This document shows, piece after piece, positions 18,500-27,152 of a stretch of DNA of 64,000 nt; position 1 is the first letter of the stretch, and each line of letters begins with the position of its first letter. The position numbers were made by a program, and so were the translations under genes. Origin of the DNA: Terrimicrobiaceae bacterium (GTDB taxonomy: Bacteria > Verrucomicrobiota > Verrucomicrobiia > Chthoniobacterales > Terrimicrobiaceae); the NCBI GenBank assembly GCA_041752695.1, contig JBGSVZ010000085.1, positions 115,851 to 179,850 of the forward strand. Reading direction: 5' to 3'. The notes below the pieces were generated by a model. That model saw only the letters and a list, made by a program, of their open reading frames with translations. It was not told the DNA's origin and made no database searches.

Positions 18500-20227
18500 A
18501 TGTCCGTCTTTTTTCGTGTCTTCCGCTATGCGCGGCGTTATCCGGCTCTTGCCCTCGGCACCCTCGCCTGTGCGGTGGTCGGGACGCTGATGGTGATCGT
18601 CTTTCCCACCGTCACCCGTCTGATTGTGGATGAGGTGATCGCAAAAAACCAACCCCAGCTTCTCCTTCCCCTCATTGCCATCGGGCTCGCGGCTTTCATC
18701 GCGCAGGATGGTTTGAATTCCCTGCGCATCATCCTCAACAATGTTTTCGAGCAGGCGGTGATCTTTGATCTGCGCAGCGAGCTGTACGCCCATATCCAGG
18801 GCCTGCCGCTCCCGTGGTTCGACAATCGTGCGACCGGCGATATCATGACCCGCCTGGTCGAGGACGTCACCGCGCTGGAACGTGTGCTCATCGATGGCAT
18901 CGAACAGGGCGTTGTGGCCGTGCTGCAAATTGTCATCGTTGCCGGAATGATGTTGTATTACAGCCCCACGTTGACCCTGCTCGCCCTCGCGCCCGTGCCT
19001 CTTCTGGCCATCGGTGCGCTAGCCTATACCCTCACGGCGGGGGGACGCTACCGCCTGCAACGCCGCGCCGCCTCCGCGCTCAACGCCCTGTTGCACGACA
19101 ACATTGCCGGGATCCGTCAGATCAAGACCTACGCCAGCGAGGAGCGCGAACATGCGCGCTTCAACGCCGTGAGCCAGAACCTGCGCGAGACCACGCTCAT
19201 CGTCATGCGGGCGTGGGCGTTTTACAGTCCGGCCATGAGTTTCCTCGCCTCCCTCGGAGTGTTGCTCATTGCCGGGTACGGGGGACACCGTGTGCTGCAC
19301 GGGCAGATGGATATCGGCGTGCTGGTGATGTTTCTCGTCCTGGCGCGTTTCCTTTACGAGCCCGTCGGCCGCCTGCATCAGCTCAACCAACTTTTCCAGT
19401 CCGGCCGTGCCGCGGGGGAACGGGTCTTCGAGATTTTGGATTCTCCGGTGGAAACCGAGGAAGCGTCCGCCCCGGCGGTGTTGCCACTCGGGGGTGCGGT
19501 GGAGTTCCGCGACGTGGGATTTTCCTACGCTCCCGAGCAACCCGTGCTGCACGACGTGACCCTCGCCGCCCGGCCCGGCGAGATGATCGCGCTGGTCGGC
19601 CCCACTGGCGCGGGCAAGTCCACCATTGTGAATCTGCTCATTCGTTTTTACGAATTCGACCGAGGCGAGATCCTCCTCGACGGCCGTCCGCTGCGCAGCC
19701 TGCCCCGCCGTTTCCTCCGGGAAAACATTGCGATGGTCACGCAGGAGAGCTTTCTTTTCAATGGCACCACCGCAGAGAATTTGCGCATGGGCAAACCGGC
19801 CGCCACCGAAGACGAGATGTGGGCCGCCCTCGAAGCTGCCAATGCCGCACCCTTTGTCCGTCGCCTGCCGGAAACCCTTCACACCCCGCTCGGCGAACGC
19901 GGTGTGAAGCTGAGTGTCGGCGAAAAACAACGCATCTCCATCGCCCGCGCGCTGTTGAAAAATCCGCCCATCCTCATCCTCGACGAGGCCACCGCCAGTG
20001 TGGACAACGCCACCGAACGCCTCATCCAGCAGGCCCTCGACCGTCTGATGGAAAACCGCACCAGCTTTGTCATCGCCCACCGCCTTTCCACCGTCCGCCA
20101 TGCCGACCAGATCCTCGTTCTTGAGCGAGGCCGCATCATCGAACGAGGCCGCCATGAAGACCTCATCGTCCGCGACGGGCTATATGCGGAACTCTGCGAA
20201 CACATGGAGGAAACTCCCGCCGCGTAA
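18500..20227 (+). CDS. ABC exporter, fused permease/ATPase (MsbA/MdlB-like)
   Basis: TM domain, Walker A GPTGAGKS, LSVGEKQR signature, LDEATAS and IAHRLST. Confidence 0.93.
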   Translation: MSVFFRVFRYARRYPALALGTLACAVVGTLMVIVFPTVTRLIVDEVIAKNQPQLLLPLIAIGLAAFIAQDGLNSLRIILNNVFEQAVIFDLRSELYAHIQGLPLPWFDNRATGDIMTRLVEDVTALERVLIDGIEQGVVAVLQIVIVAGMMLYYSPTLTLLALAPVPLLAIGALAYTLTAGGRYRLQRRAASALNALLHDNIAGIRQIKTYASEEREHARFNAVSQNLRETTLIVMRAWAFYSPAMSFLASLGVLLIAGYGGHRVLHGQMDIGVLVMFLVLARFLYEPVGRLHQLNQLFQSGRAAGERVFEILDSPVETEEASAPAVLPLGGAVEFRDVGFSYAPEQPVLHDVTLAARPGEMIALVGPTGAGKSTIVNLLIRFYEFDRGEILLDGRPLRSLPRRFLRENIAMVTQESFLFNGTTAENLRMGKPAATEDEMWAALEAANAAPFVRRLPETLHTPLGERGVKLSVGEKQRISIARALLKNPPILILDEATASVDNATERLIQQALDRLMENRTSFVIAHRLSTVRHADQILVLERGRIIERGRHEDLIVRDGLYAELCEHMEETPAA

Positions 20228-20236
20228 GCACAAATG

Positions 20237-20259
20237 TTGGGTTCCAGCCTTCAGGCTGT
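20237..20259. repeat. Short palindromic repeat, copy 2
   Basis: TTGGGTTCCAGCCTTCAGGCTGT, matching 5059..5081. Confidence 0.65.
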
Positions 20260-20270
20260 TTCCAAAACCC

Positions 20271-20726
20271 ATGCCCTCCGCTCCGCCCATGATTTTCCGC
20301 GAGATCACGTTCGGCTCCGCAGACTTTCGCAAGGAGCGTGAACTCCGCGACCGCGTGCTGCGCAAACCTCTCGGGCTGGTCTTGGAAGTTTCAGACGAGG
20401 AAAAGGATCAGTGGCACTTCGGGCTTTTCGATTTGCAGGACGACCTGCTGGGCACGGTGATCGCCGTGCCGCTCGGCGGGGGCGAAGCGAAGGTGCGGCA
20501 GATGGCCGTTGCGCCGAATTTTGCCCGCCGGGGATTCGGCCGCCGCGTCCTGCAGGAACTCGAAGACCGTCTTCGGGAAAAGGGAATTTACCGCATCAGC
20601 CTCCATGCCCGGACGACGGCCGCAGGGTTTTACCGGAAGGCGGGTTACGTGGAGGCCGGGCCGGAGTTCGTGGAAGTGGGGATTCCCCATGTGAAGATGG
20701 AGAAAACCCTTCCCGCGGTCGGTTAG
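20271..20726 (+). CDS. GNAT family N-acetyltransferase (ElaA/YjcF-like)
   Basis: RQMAV..RRGFGR, LHAR..A.GFY.K.GY and FVEVGIPHVKM. Start at ATG 20271 or 20289. Confidence 0.88.
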   Translation: MPSAPPMIFREITFGSADFRKERELRDRVLRKPLGLVLEVSDEEKDQWHFGLFDLQDDLLGTVIAVPLGGGEAKVRQMAVAPNFARRGFGRRVLQELEDRLREKGIYRISLHARTTAAGFYRKAGYVEAGPEFVEVGIPHVKMEKTLPAVG

Positions 20727-20735
20727 CGGAGCGTC

Positions 20736-21134
20736 CTATCCGCAGCCGCATCCACCACCACAACACCCTCCGCCACCGGAAGCAGCGGTCTCCTGGGGAA
20801 TCTCGGCGTCGGTGATCTGGATCACGTCAAACTTGATCTGCTGGAAGCCGAGTTGCTCGCGGATACGACCAATCAGCTCCCAACCGCGTTCCTCCGGCTC
20901 ATGAACGGTGCGGAGCTGGATCTCCAAAGGTTTGCCCACGAGCTGCGGGAAGGCGTCCGCCAGTTCGCCATCAAGGACGAAAGAAAGGTAGGCGTTGAGT
21001 TTTTCCTGAAGCTGCAGCAACTGCCGGTCTTCACCCTGCCAGGGTCGGGTTTCATACATGGCGAGGACGAGTTTGTCCTCACGGGTGTCGTGCGCGAAGG
21101 CGTCGAGGACGCCGGGATTTTCGAGGCCGTTCAT
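20736..21134 (-). CDS. Hypothetical protein (DUF6572-like) with Cys/Gly-rich tail
   Basis: LLQLQEKLNAYLSFVLDGEL motif; C-terminus GGGGCCGGGCGCG. Confidence 0.7.
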   Translation of the reverse strand: MNGLENPGVLDAFAHDTREDKLVLAMYETRPWQGEDRQLLQLQEKLNAYLSFVLDGELADAFPQLVGKPLEIQLRTVHEPEERGWELIGRIREQLGFQQIKFDVIQITDAEIPQETAASGGGGCCGGGCGCG

Positions 21135-21142
21135 TGGAAGTT

Positions 21143-21232
21143 AGACACGAATTTCACGAATTCACACGAATGGGAAGTGGGCGAAGGAATTTTCTTTTTT
21201 CCGATTCGTGCTAATTCGTGCAATTCGTGTCT
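21143..21232. repeat. Triple-unit inverted repeat (CACGAAT x3 ... ATTCGTG x3)
   Basis: AGACACGAATTTCACGAATTCACACGAAT, spacer, ATTCGTGCTAATTCGTGCAATTCGTGTCT. Confidence 0.8.
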
Positions 21233-21669
21233 CATGGTTTGGCGATCGGGAACCACTGGTAGAGGAAAAAGTACACCAGGACGCCGGTGACGGAGACGTA
21301 ATACCAGAGCGGGAAGGTCCAGCGGGCCCATTGGCGGTGGACAATCAGTCGGCCGGCAATGGCATGGCGCAGGGTGATGATCACCAGCGGCACAATGACA
21401 ATGGCCAGGATGATGTGCGACGTCAGCATCGTGTAATACACGGTCTTGATGAATCCTTCCCCGCCGAATGGGGTATGCACGCCCCGGACAAGGATCTTAT
21501 GCAGCACGTACGTGATGAGAAACACCACGGAAACGCCGAACGCCGAGAGCATGCAGGCGCGGTGGGCGTTCATTTTGCCCGATTTGATGAAGATAAAACC
21601 CGCCGTGAGAAGTACCGTCGCCAGGCCGTTCAGGGTGGCATTGATGGCGGGAAGATCGCTGACAGTCAT
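21232..21669 (-). CDS. DUF420 family membrane protein (oxidase-associated, CtaM/YozB-like)
   Basis: LPAINATLNG, HRACM, SHIILA, HRQWARWTFPLWYYVSVTG. Confidence 0.9.
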   Translation of the reverse strand: MTVSDLPAINATLNGLATVLLTAGFIFIKSGKMNAHRACMLSAFGVSVVFLITYVLHKILVRGVHTPFGGEGFIKTVYYTMLTSHIILAIVIVPLVIITLRHAIAGRLIVHRQWARWTFPLWYYVSVTGVLVYFFLYQWFPIAKP

Positions 21670-21926
21670 GAATGAGCGCGCTCCCGGTCGATCCGCTGAC
21701 AGGTGCGCCAGATGTACGCCGACATGCCACCGACGACGGTGAGGGCGAAGATCAGCATAAAAAGTACACTCCAGGAAAACGCGATACCGGCCATTACGGT
21801 CGGTGCCTCATGATTCATCGTCTCGCTGCCGGGTTCACGACAGCCCACGCAGGCCTGGGCGCTGGACACAAATCCGAATGACCAATGACAGATGACTAAT
21901 GACCAAAACAGAAGGTTCGTTTTCAT
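21666..21926 (-). CDS. Small exported CxxC membrane protein
   Basis: 86 aa from ATG 21926, with ATGA overlaps on both sides. Signal peptide ending AQA, then CVGC, then a TM helix. Confidence 0.7.
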   Translation of the reverse strand: MKTNLLFWSLVICHWSFGFVSSAQACVGCREPGSETMNHEAPTVMAGIAFSWSVLFMLIFALTVVGGMSAYIWRTCQRIDRERAHS

Positions 21927-22588
21927 TGCGGCTTGTCCGAACGCTCGCGCAGGAGATCGCCGATGTCCATGAGAAGCTTCTGCACAACCTCGGGATCGTT
22001 GCCGTCCTGAAATCCGCGCATCCAACCGTCACGATCCACCAGCACAAACCGCGTCGAGTGAGCGGGCATGCCATCCGGGTCCTTGCTCAAGGGCTGCAGG
22101 AATCCCTTCACGATGGTGTCGTCGATTTTGTCTTTCGGGCCGGTGAGCAGCTTCCATTTGTCCGGCGAGGCGCCGACTTTCTCCCCATATTCCTTGAGCA
22201 CGGCGGGAGTATCATGTTCCGGATCCACCGTGAAAGTGACCAGCTCGACGTCCTTTGCTTTGGTGCCAAGTCGTTGATTGAGTTCCGCCATTCGGCTCGT
22301 CATCACGGGACAGGGCCCCAGACAGCGAGTGAAGATGAAATTCACGACCCAGATTTTTCCCTTGTAGTCGTCTTTCGTCGCCGATGAGCCATCCTGAGCG
22401 GTGAATTGAAAATCCGGTGCCGGAGCAAACTTTTCCAGCCGTGGGGAGACCGGACCACGAGTTCGCATGGCCGAGTTGAACTGCGTGTAGGTCCAGGCAA
22501 TCAGCGTGGTGGCCACCACAAACGCGATGGCCCAGCCGAGCCGGGGGATGCGCGGAGGAAGCTGAGGGTCAGCGCCAGAGGTAGACAA
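21923..22588 (-). CDS. SCO1/SenC family copper chaperone
   Basis: TM anchor, FIFTRCLGPCP (CxxxC), VDPEHDTP and HSTRFVLVD. Probable TTG start at 22588. Confidence 0.9.
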   Translation of the reverse strand: MSTSGADPQLPPRIPRLGWAIAFVVATTLIAWTYTQFNSAMRTRGPVSPRLEKFAPAPDFQFTAQDGSSATKDDYKGKIWVVNFIFTRCLGPCPVMTSRMAELNQRLGTKAKDVELVTFTVDPEHDTPAVLKEYGEKVGASPDKWKLLTGPKDKIDDTIVKGFLQPLSKDPDGMPAHSTRFVLVDRDGWMRGFQDGNDPEVVQKLLMDIGDLLRERSDKPQ

Positions 22589-23171
22589 TGGAGAAGAGGA
22601 AGAGCCAGACGACATCCACGAAGTGCCAGTACAAGCTGACATTTGCGAGGGACGCATGACGCGTCGGCGTGTAACAGCGGGTGAGCAACTGGCGGAGAAA
22701 GACCCAGATGATCAGAAGAACGCCGATGATGACATGCAAGCCGTGGAAACCGGTCATCACAAAAAACGATGAGCCGTAAACGCCATGCGTGTTAAACCAA
22801 AGTCCCTCGTGATGCAGGTGATACCATTCGTAGCACTGGACGCCGACGAACAACGCACCCAGGCCAATGGTGACGAGCAGGAGAAACAGCCCGGTCTTGC
22901 CTTTATTCACCTGAACTTCCGCAAAATGGAGCGTGAAGCTGCTGGTTACGAGGAAGATAGTATTGATGCCCGTAAGCAAGACGGGAAGGTGCGGCGCACC
23001 CGCTGGCGGCCATTCCGGCTGGGCGAGTCGAAGGACGATATACCCACCAATCAATCCCGCGAAAAGCATCGCCTCGGAGGCTAGGAACATGATCATGCCA
23101 AATTTGGCGACATGCGGAGGCGCCGAGGCATGGCCGGCGTGTTCGTCGTGAGTAAGGGCGGCGGAACTCAT
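22569..23171 (-). CDS. ctaE: Cytochrome c oxidase subunit III (short form)
   Basis: FLASEAMLFA, TGFHGLHV and YWHFVDVVW motifs. Confidence 0.93.
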   Translation of the reverse strand: MSSAALTHDEHAGHASAPPHVAKFGMIMFLASEAMLFAGLIGGYIVLRLAQPEWPPAGAPHLPVLLTGINTIFLVTSSFTLHFAEVQVNKGKTGLFLLLVTIGLGALFVGVQCYEWYHLHHEGLWFNTHGVYGSSFFVMTGFHGLHVIIGVLLIIWVFLRQLLTRCYTPTRHASLANVSLYWHFVDVVWLFLFSIVYLWR

Positions 23172-23214
23172 AAGTGGATCAGGATTGATGGGTTTGAAAA
23201 ATTGGAAAGAAGAA

Positions 23215-23325
23215 TCACTGCGCGACAGCGGGCCCGCGCTGAATCATGAGGAAAATGACGAGCCCACAGAGCGCGATGGCAAAGAGCCAGAGGAAAACCA
23301 TGGTTTTGGCGTTGCGGCTTTTCAT
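23215..23325 (-). CDS. Putative 36-aa single-TM membrane protein
   Basis: MKSRNAKTMVFLWLFAIALCGLVIFLMIQRGPAVAQ*. The ATG directly follows the ctaB stop. Below the ORF-track length cutoff. Confidence 0.6.
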   Translation of the reverse strand: MKSRNAKTMVFLWLFAIALCGLVIFLMIQRGPAVAQ

Positions 23326-24213
23326 TCATTGCTTGGAAAGAACCAGCAGCGTCAGGACGAGCGGAAGGTACAGGATCGAGGCGAAAAAGAGCAGCCGGGC
23401 GGAAGGCCGGTCGCGGTGCCAGAGAAATTTTGCCGCGCAGGCACAGAACCCCAGACCGAGAACAAGAGCGCCGAAGAAATACCAAATGGCGTTAAAGCCC
23501 ATCAGCGCCGGCACCAGGCTCGCCAAAAGCAGGCAGAGGGAATACAAAAACGCCTGCCGTCCGGTGGCAAAGCCGGAGGGATCCTGACCGGGCAACATGA
23601 CAAATCCCGCGCCCGCGTAATCGTCCCGATACATCCAGGCAATGGCCAGAAAATGAGGCATCTGCCAGAACCACATAATGGCAAAAAGGAGGCCGCCCTC
23701 CATCGAATACTGTCCACGAGCCGCCACCCAGCCGATCAGCGGCGGCAGAGCGCCAGGGATGGCTCCGACCAAAGTGTTGAGCGAACTCACCCTCTTCATC
23801 GGGGTATAAACCAGCACGTAGATCGCAATGGTGATGAAAGCCAGGATGCAGGCACGGATGTCGGTCATCAGACCCAGTACGGCCAGACCCGAGATGGAAA
23901 AAAAGAGGCCAAACATCAGCGCGTCGCCCGGATGCATGCGTCGGGCAGGCAGTGGGCGCTGACTGGTCCGTTTCATCAACGCGTCCAGGTCGCGCTCCCA
24001 CCATTGATTAAGCGCCGCAGCCCCACAGGCGCACAGGGCGGTGCCAATCAAAGTCATGGCGAGGAGCAGGTAATTCATCGGCCCCTGCCAGCCGAGCAGA
24101 AACCCGACCAGTGTGGTCATCAAGACCAGCAGAGAGAGGCGCGCTTTGACCAATTCCGAAAGATCGCTGAAGAGCGATTCGGAGCGGGCGGCGGTCATGG
24201 CGGCGGTTTTCAT
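23326..24213 (-). CDS. ctaB: Protoheme IX farnesyltransferase (heme o synthase)
   Basis: ELVKAR, ALNQ..ERDLDALMKRT..RPLP, YTPMKR, GALPPLIGW, WQMPHF. ATG 24213 overlaps the ctaA stop. Confidence 0.95.
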   Translation of the reverse strand: MKTAAMTAARSESLFSDLSELVKARLSLLVLMTTLVGFLLGWQGPMNYLLLAMTLIGTALCACGAAALNQWWERDLDALMKRTSQRPLPARRMHPGDALMFGLFFSISGLAVLGLMTDIRACILAFITIAIYVLVYTPMKRVSSLNTLVGAIPGALPPLIGWVAARGQYSMEGGLLFAIMWFWQMPHFLAIAWMYRDDYAGAGFVMLPGQDPSGFATGRQAFLYSLCLLLASLVPALMGFNAIWYFFGALVLGLGFCACAAKFLWHRDRPSARLLFFASILYLPLVLTLLVLSKQ

Positions 24214-25385
24214 GCGACGTGCGCCATCAAACGCGGATTCGGGGCGTCTGGCAAAACGAAATCCTCGATTCGTGCCCCGCAAAAAAGTCGAAAGGTCAAG
24301 ACACCGCCCAGTAGCAGCGAGAGAGCTCCCAGGGCCATATGGGCGGTGGCAATATCGGCGGCCTTGTTCGACCAGATCGTCCAAGCCCCCAAGGCAATTT
24401 GACACAAAATCATCACCACCCAAAGCAAGGACCACCCCCGCACGGCGCGGACACTGCGGCGGGCTTTCCAGGCAAAGGCAAACACGGAAAGTGCGATCAG
24501 AACTGCCACCCCGCGGTGAGCCATCTGCACCCATACCTGAACCGCGGTTGTCCGCATCTGGTTCGCCTCGACCCGCGCCGCGTTGATCTTATCCATGGCT
24601 TCAGGGCTGGTGTCGGGGAGCCACTTTCCATAAGCCAGCGGAAAATCGGGAATGGAGAGTCCGATGTGCTCATGACGCATGGTCGCGCCGAGCCCCAATT
24701 GGCAAAAAATCAAAGCCGTACACCCCAGCGCGCCCCAGCGCAGAAGGGGATCAGGTTCGAAATCCGCCCAACGGTTTTCCAGGAACCGACGGCTGGTCAT
24801 GATGGCCAGCAGGGTGATGAAGACAAAAAACGCCTGCGCCAGCATCCCGTGGAAAATTCCGATCTCGTCCTTCAGCCAGACCACACGAATACCGCCCAGC
24901 ACGCCTTGCAGCACCACCGCCGCCAGGGCCGCCATGCCCAGCCAACGCAAACGGCCCCCATCCCGGCGATAAAGAAAAGCGCATACGACCACCGCAATCG
25001 GAGCCAGTGTGGCAAGGGTGAGATAGACAGGCATCACGCGAAAACCGAGCAAGACCACAACGGCAAATACAGCGGCGATCCCCGCCCAACGGTTTTCTTT
25101 TTTGGATTCCACCACCCACAATCCCCCCGCCAACAATGCGGTGAAGAGCCCCACAAAGGTTCCAATCAGGCGGTGGCTGTGCTCCAGGAAAATGCCGCCC
25201 ACCCATCGGGAGATGGGGAAGGTGAACATGTTGTAGCCGAAACTATTTGGCCAGTCCGGGACGGTCAGACCCGCCCCGTGGGAGGTGACCAATCCCCCGA
25301 CGCAAACAAGCACAAAAGTGCCGATCGCTGTCAGCACGGCCCACCAAAAGATCGCGGCGCGTGCTGGGCTCCAGCTCGCCTTCAT
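24210..25385 (-). CDS. ctaA: Heme A synthase (COX15/CtaA)
   Basis: GGLVTSHGAGL.VPDWP, EHSHR, QGVLGG, HGMLA, QMAHR and ATAH motifs. Confidence 0.9.
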   Translation of the reverse strand: MKASWSPARAAIFWWAVLTAIGTFVLVCVGGLVTSHGAGLTVPDWPNSFGYNMFTFPISRWVGGIFLEHSHRLIGTFVGLFTALLAGGLWVVESKKENRWAGIAAVFAVVVLLGFRVMPVYLTLATLAPIAVVVCAFLYRRDGGRLRWLGMAALAAVVLQGVLGGIRVVWLKDEIGIFHGMLAQAFFVFITLLAIMTSRRFLENRWADFEPDPLLRWGALGCTALIFCQLGLGATMRHEHIGLSIPDFPLAYGKWLPDTSPEAMDKINAARVEANQMRTTAVQVWVQMAHRGVAVLIALSVFAFAWKARRSVRAVRGWSLLWVVMILCQIALGAWTIWSNKAADIATAHMALGALSLLLGGVLTFRLFCGARIEDFVLPDAPNPRLMAHVA

Positions 25386-27145
25386 TAATGCGCCTCGAGC
25401 TTCACGTGCTCGGGAGCCTTTTCCGTCTGAGGCAGGAAGTCTTTCTCCATGCCGGGTACACTATATTCATACGCACCATGGTATACGATCGGAGTCTTCG
25501 GGAAGTTGCCATGTCCGGGAGGCGACGCCACCGTCCACTCCAAAGTGTTGGCATTCCAGGGATTATTGGGAGCCTTCTTGCCGTTGCGCAGCGAGATGAT
25601 GATGTTCCAGATGAAGATAAACGTCGTGAACCCGAGCCCGATGGCGCCAATGGTCGAAATCTGGTTGAGCGGCTGGAGCTGCTTGAGATGTTCGTAAATC
25701 GGAGGATCGGCGATACGGCGCATCATGCCGCCGAGACCAAGATTATGCATCGGGAAGAATGCCATGTTGAAAAAGATCAACGTGAGGAAAAAATGCACCT
25801 TGCCCAACGTCTCGTTCAACATCCGGCCGAACATCTTGGGGAACCAGAAGTAGATCGCCCCGAAGATGGAAAGAATGCTGCCGCCGAAGAGCACATAGTG
25901 AATATGCGCCACAATGAAGTAGGTGTGGTGCACAAACAGATCCACCGGCGTGGACGCCATGAAAATCCCGCTCAATCCCCCGATGACAAACATCGAGACG
26001 AACGCGAGCGAAAAGCACATCGCAGTGGTGAACTCAATCGAACCGCGCCAGACCGTGCCCATCCAGTTGAAGGTTTTGATGGCGGACGGAACGGCAATAA
26101 ACATTGTGGAAATGCCGAAGGCCGCACTCAGGGTCAGGTTCATACCGCTGACAAACATGTGATGTCCCCAGACGATGAAGCCCAGGAATCCGATGGCGAC
26201 CATGGCATAGACCATCGCTTTGTAACCAAAGATTGGTTTGCGGGAGAAGACCGCAAGGATATCCGAAGACATGCCCATGGCTGGCAGAATCATGATGTAC
26301 ACCTCGGGGTGTCCGAAGAACCAGAAGAGATGCTGCCAGAGGAGGGGCTGACCACCACCGGCCGGCTTGAAGAAGCTTGTTCCCAGGTTGAGGTCGCAGA
26401 ACAACATTGCCGCAGCCGCGGAAAGCACCGGCACCGCAAGAACGAGAAGGATCGCCGTGATGAAAAGCGACCAGATCGTCAAGGGCATCCGGAACATGCT
26501 CATGCCGGGAGCCCTCATATTTACGACGGTCGTGATGTAGTTGGTCGCACCGGCGATGGAGGACAAACCGTTGATAAAGATGGCGATCCCCCAGAGGCTT
26601 TGACCCATTCTGGTGCCGTTGTAGGCTTCCACCGCACTGAGCGGAGCATAGGCGGTCCAACCGGTTCCCGGCGCACCTCCCGGGACAAAAAACGCCGCGA
26701 GCAAAATGATGCCGGAAATAAAATAGAGCCAGTAGCTCAGTTCATTGAGGAGCGGAAACGCCATGTCACCAGCGCCGATCTGCAAGGGAATCAGGTAGTT
26801 ACCAAAAGCCCCGATCAGCAGAGGCATCACCACAAAAAATACCATCACAGTGGCATGCATCGTCACGAGCATGTTGTAGCCCCCGGGGATGATCGCGCCG
26901 TCCGACGCAACGGTGGCGGGCAAAAATTGTCCCAGAATCGGAACCTCCGTGTTGGGCCAGGCGAGCTGGTAACGGACGAGCAAGGCCAGTCCACCGCCCA
27001 GGAAAAGAAACGCCAAGGCCGTCCACAAATACTGAAGACCAATCATCTTGTGATCGTACGTCCACAAATACTTGCGGATGAAACCCACGTCCTCGTGGTG
27101 GGCGTGATCCTCGATGTGAGGAGGCTCGGCTGTGATTGCGCTCAT
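25385..27145 (-). CDS. ctaD: Cytochrome c oxidase subunit I, A1-type
   Basis: DHKMIG, TMHAT, FWFFGHPEVY, VWGHHMF, VAHIHYV and GMMRR. All six His ligands present. Confidence 0.98.
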   Translation of the reverse strand: MSAITAEPPHIEDHAHHEDVGFIRKYLWTYDHKMIGLQYLWTALAFLFLGGGLALLVRYQLAWPNTEVPILGQFLPATVASDGAIIPGGYNMLVTMHATVMVFFVVMPLLIGAFGNYLIPLQIGAGDMAFPLLNELSYWLYFISGIILLAAFFVPGGAPGTGWTAYAPLSAVEAYNGTRMGQSLWGIAIFINGLSSIAGATNYITTVVNMRAPGMSMFRMPLTIWSLFITAILLVLAVPVLSAAAAMLFCDLNLGTSFFKPAGGGQPLLWQHLFWFFGHPEVYIMILPAMGMSSDILAVFSRKPIFGYKAMVYAMVAIGFLGFIVWGHHMFVSGMNLTLSAAFGISTMFIAVPSAIKTFNWMGTVWRGSIEFTTAMCFSLAFVSMFVIGGLSGIFMASTPVDLFVHHTYFIVAHIHYVLFGGSILSIFGAIYFWFPKMFGRMLNETLGKVHFFLTLIFFNMAFFPMHNLGLGGMMRRIADPPIYEHLKQLQPLNQISTIGAIGLGFTTFIFIWNIIISLRNGKKAPNNPWNANTLEWTVASPPGHGNFPKTPIVYHGAYEYSVPGMEKDFLPQTEKAPEHVKLEAH

Positions 27146-27152
27146 GTCTGAA

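Noticed and set aside
21143..21232. Possible CRISPR array
   Set aside because: Units are 9-10 bp, inverted, with no unique spacers, and there are no cas genes in the window.
23168..23485. 105-aa track ORF as oxidase subunit IV
   Set aside because: Overlaps ctaB and is not hydrophobic; the 36-aa ORF in another frame fits better.
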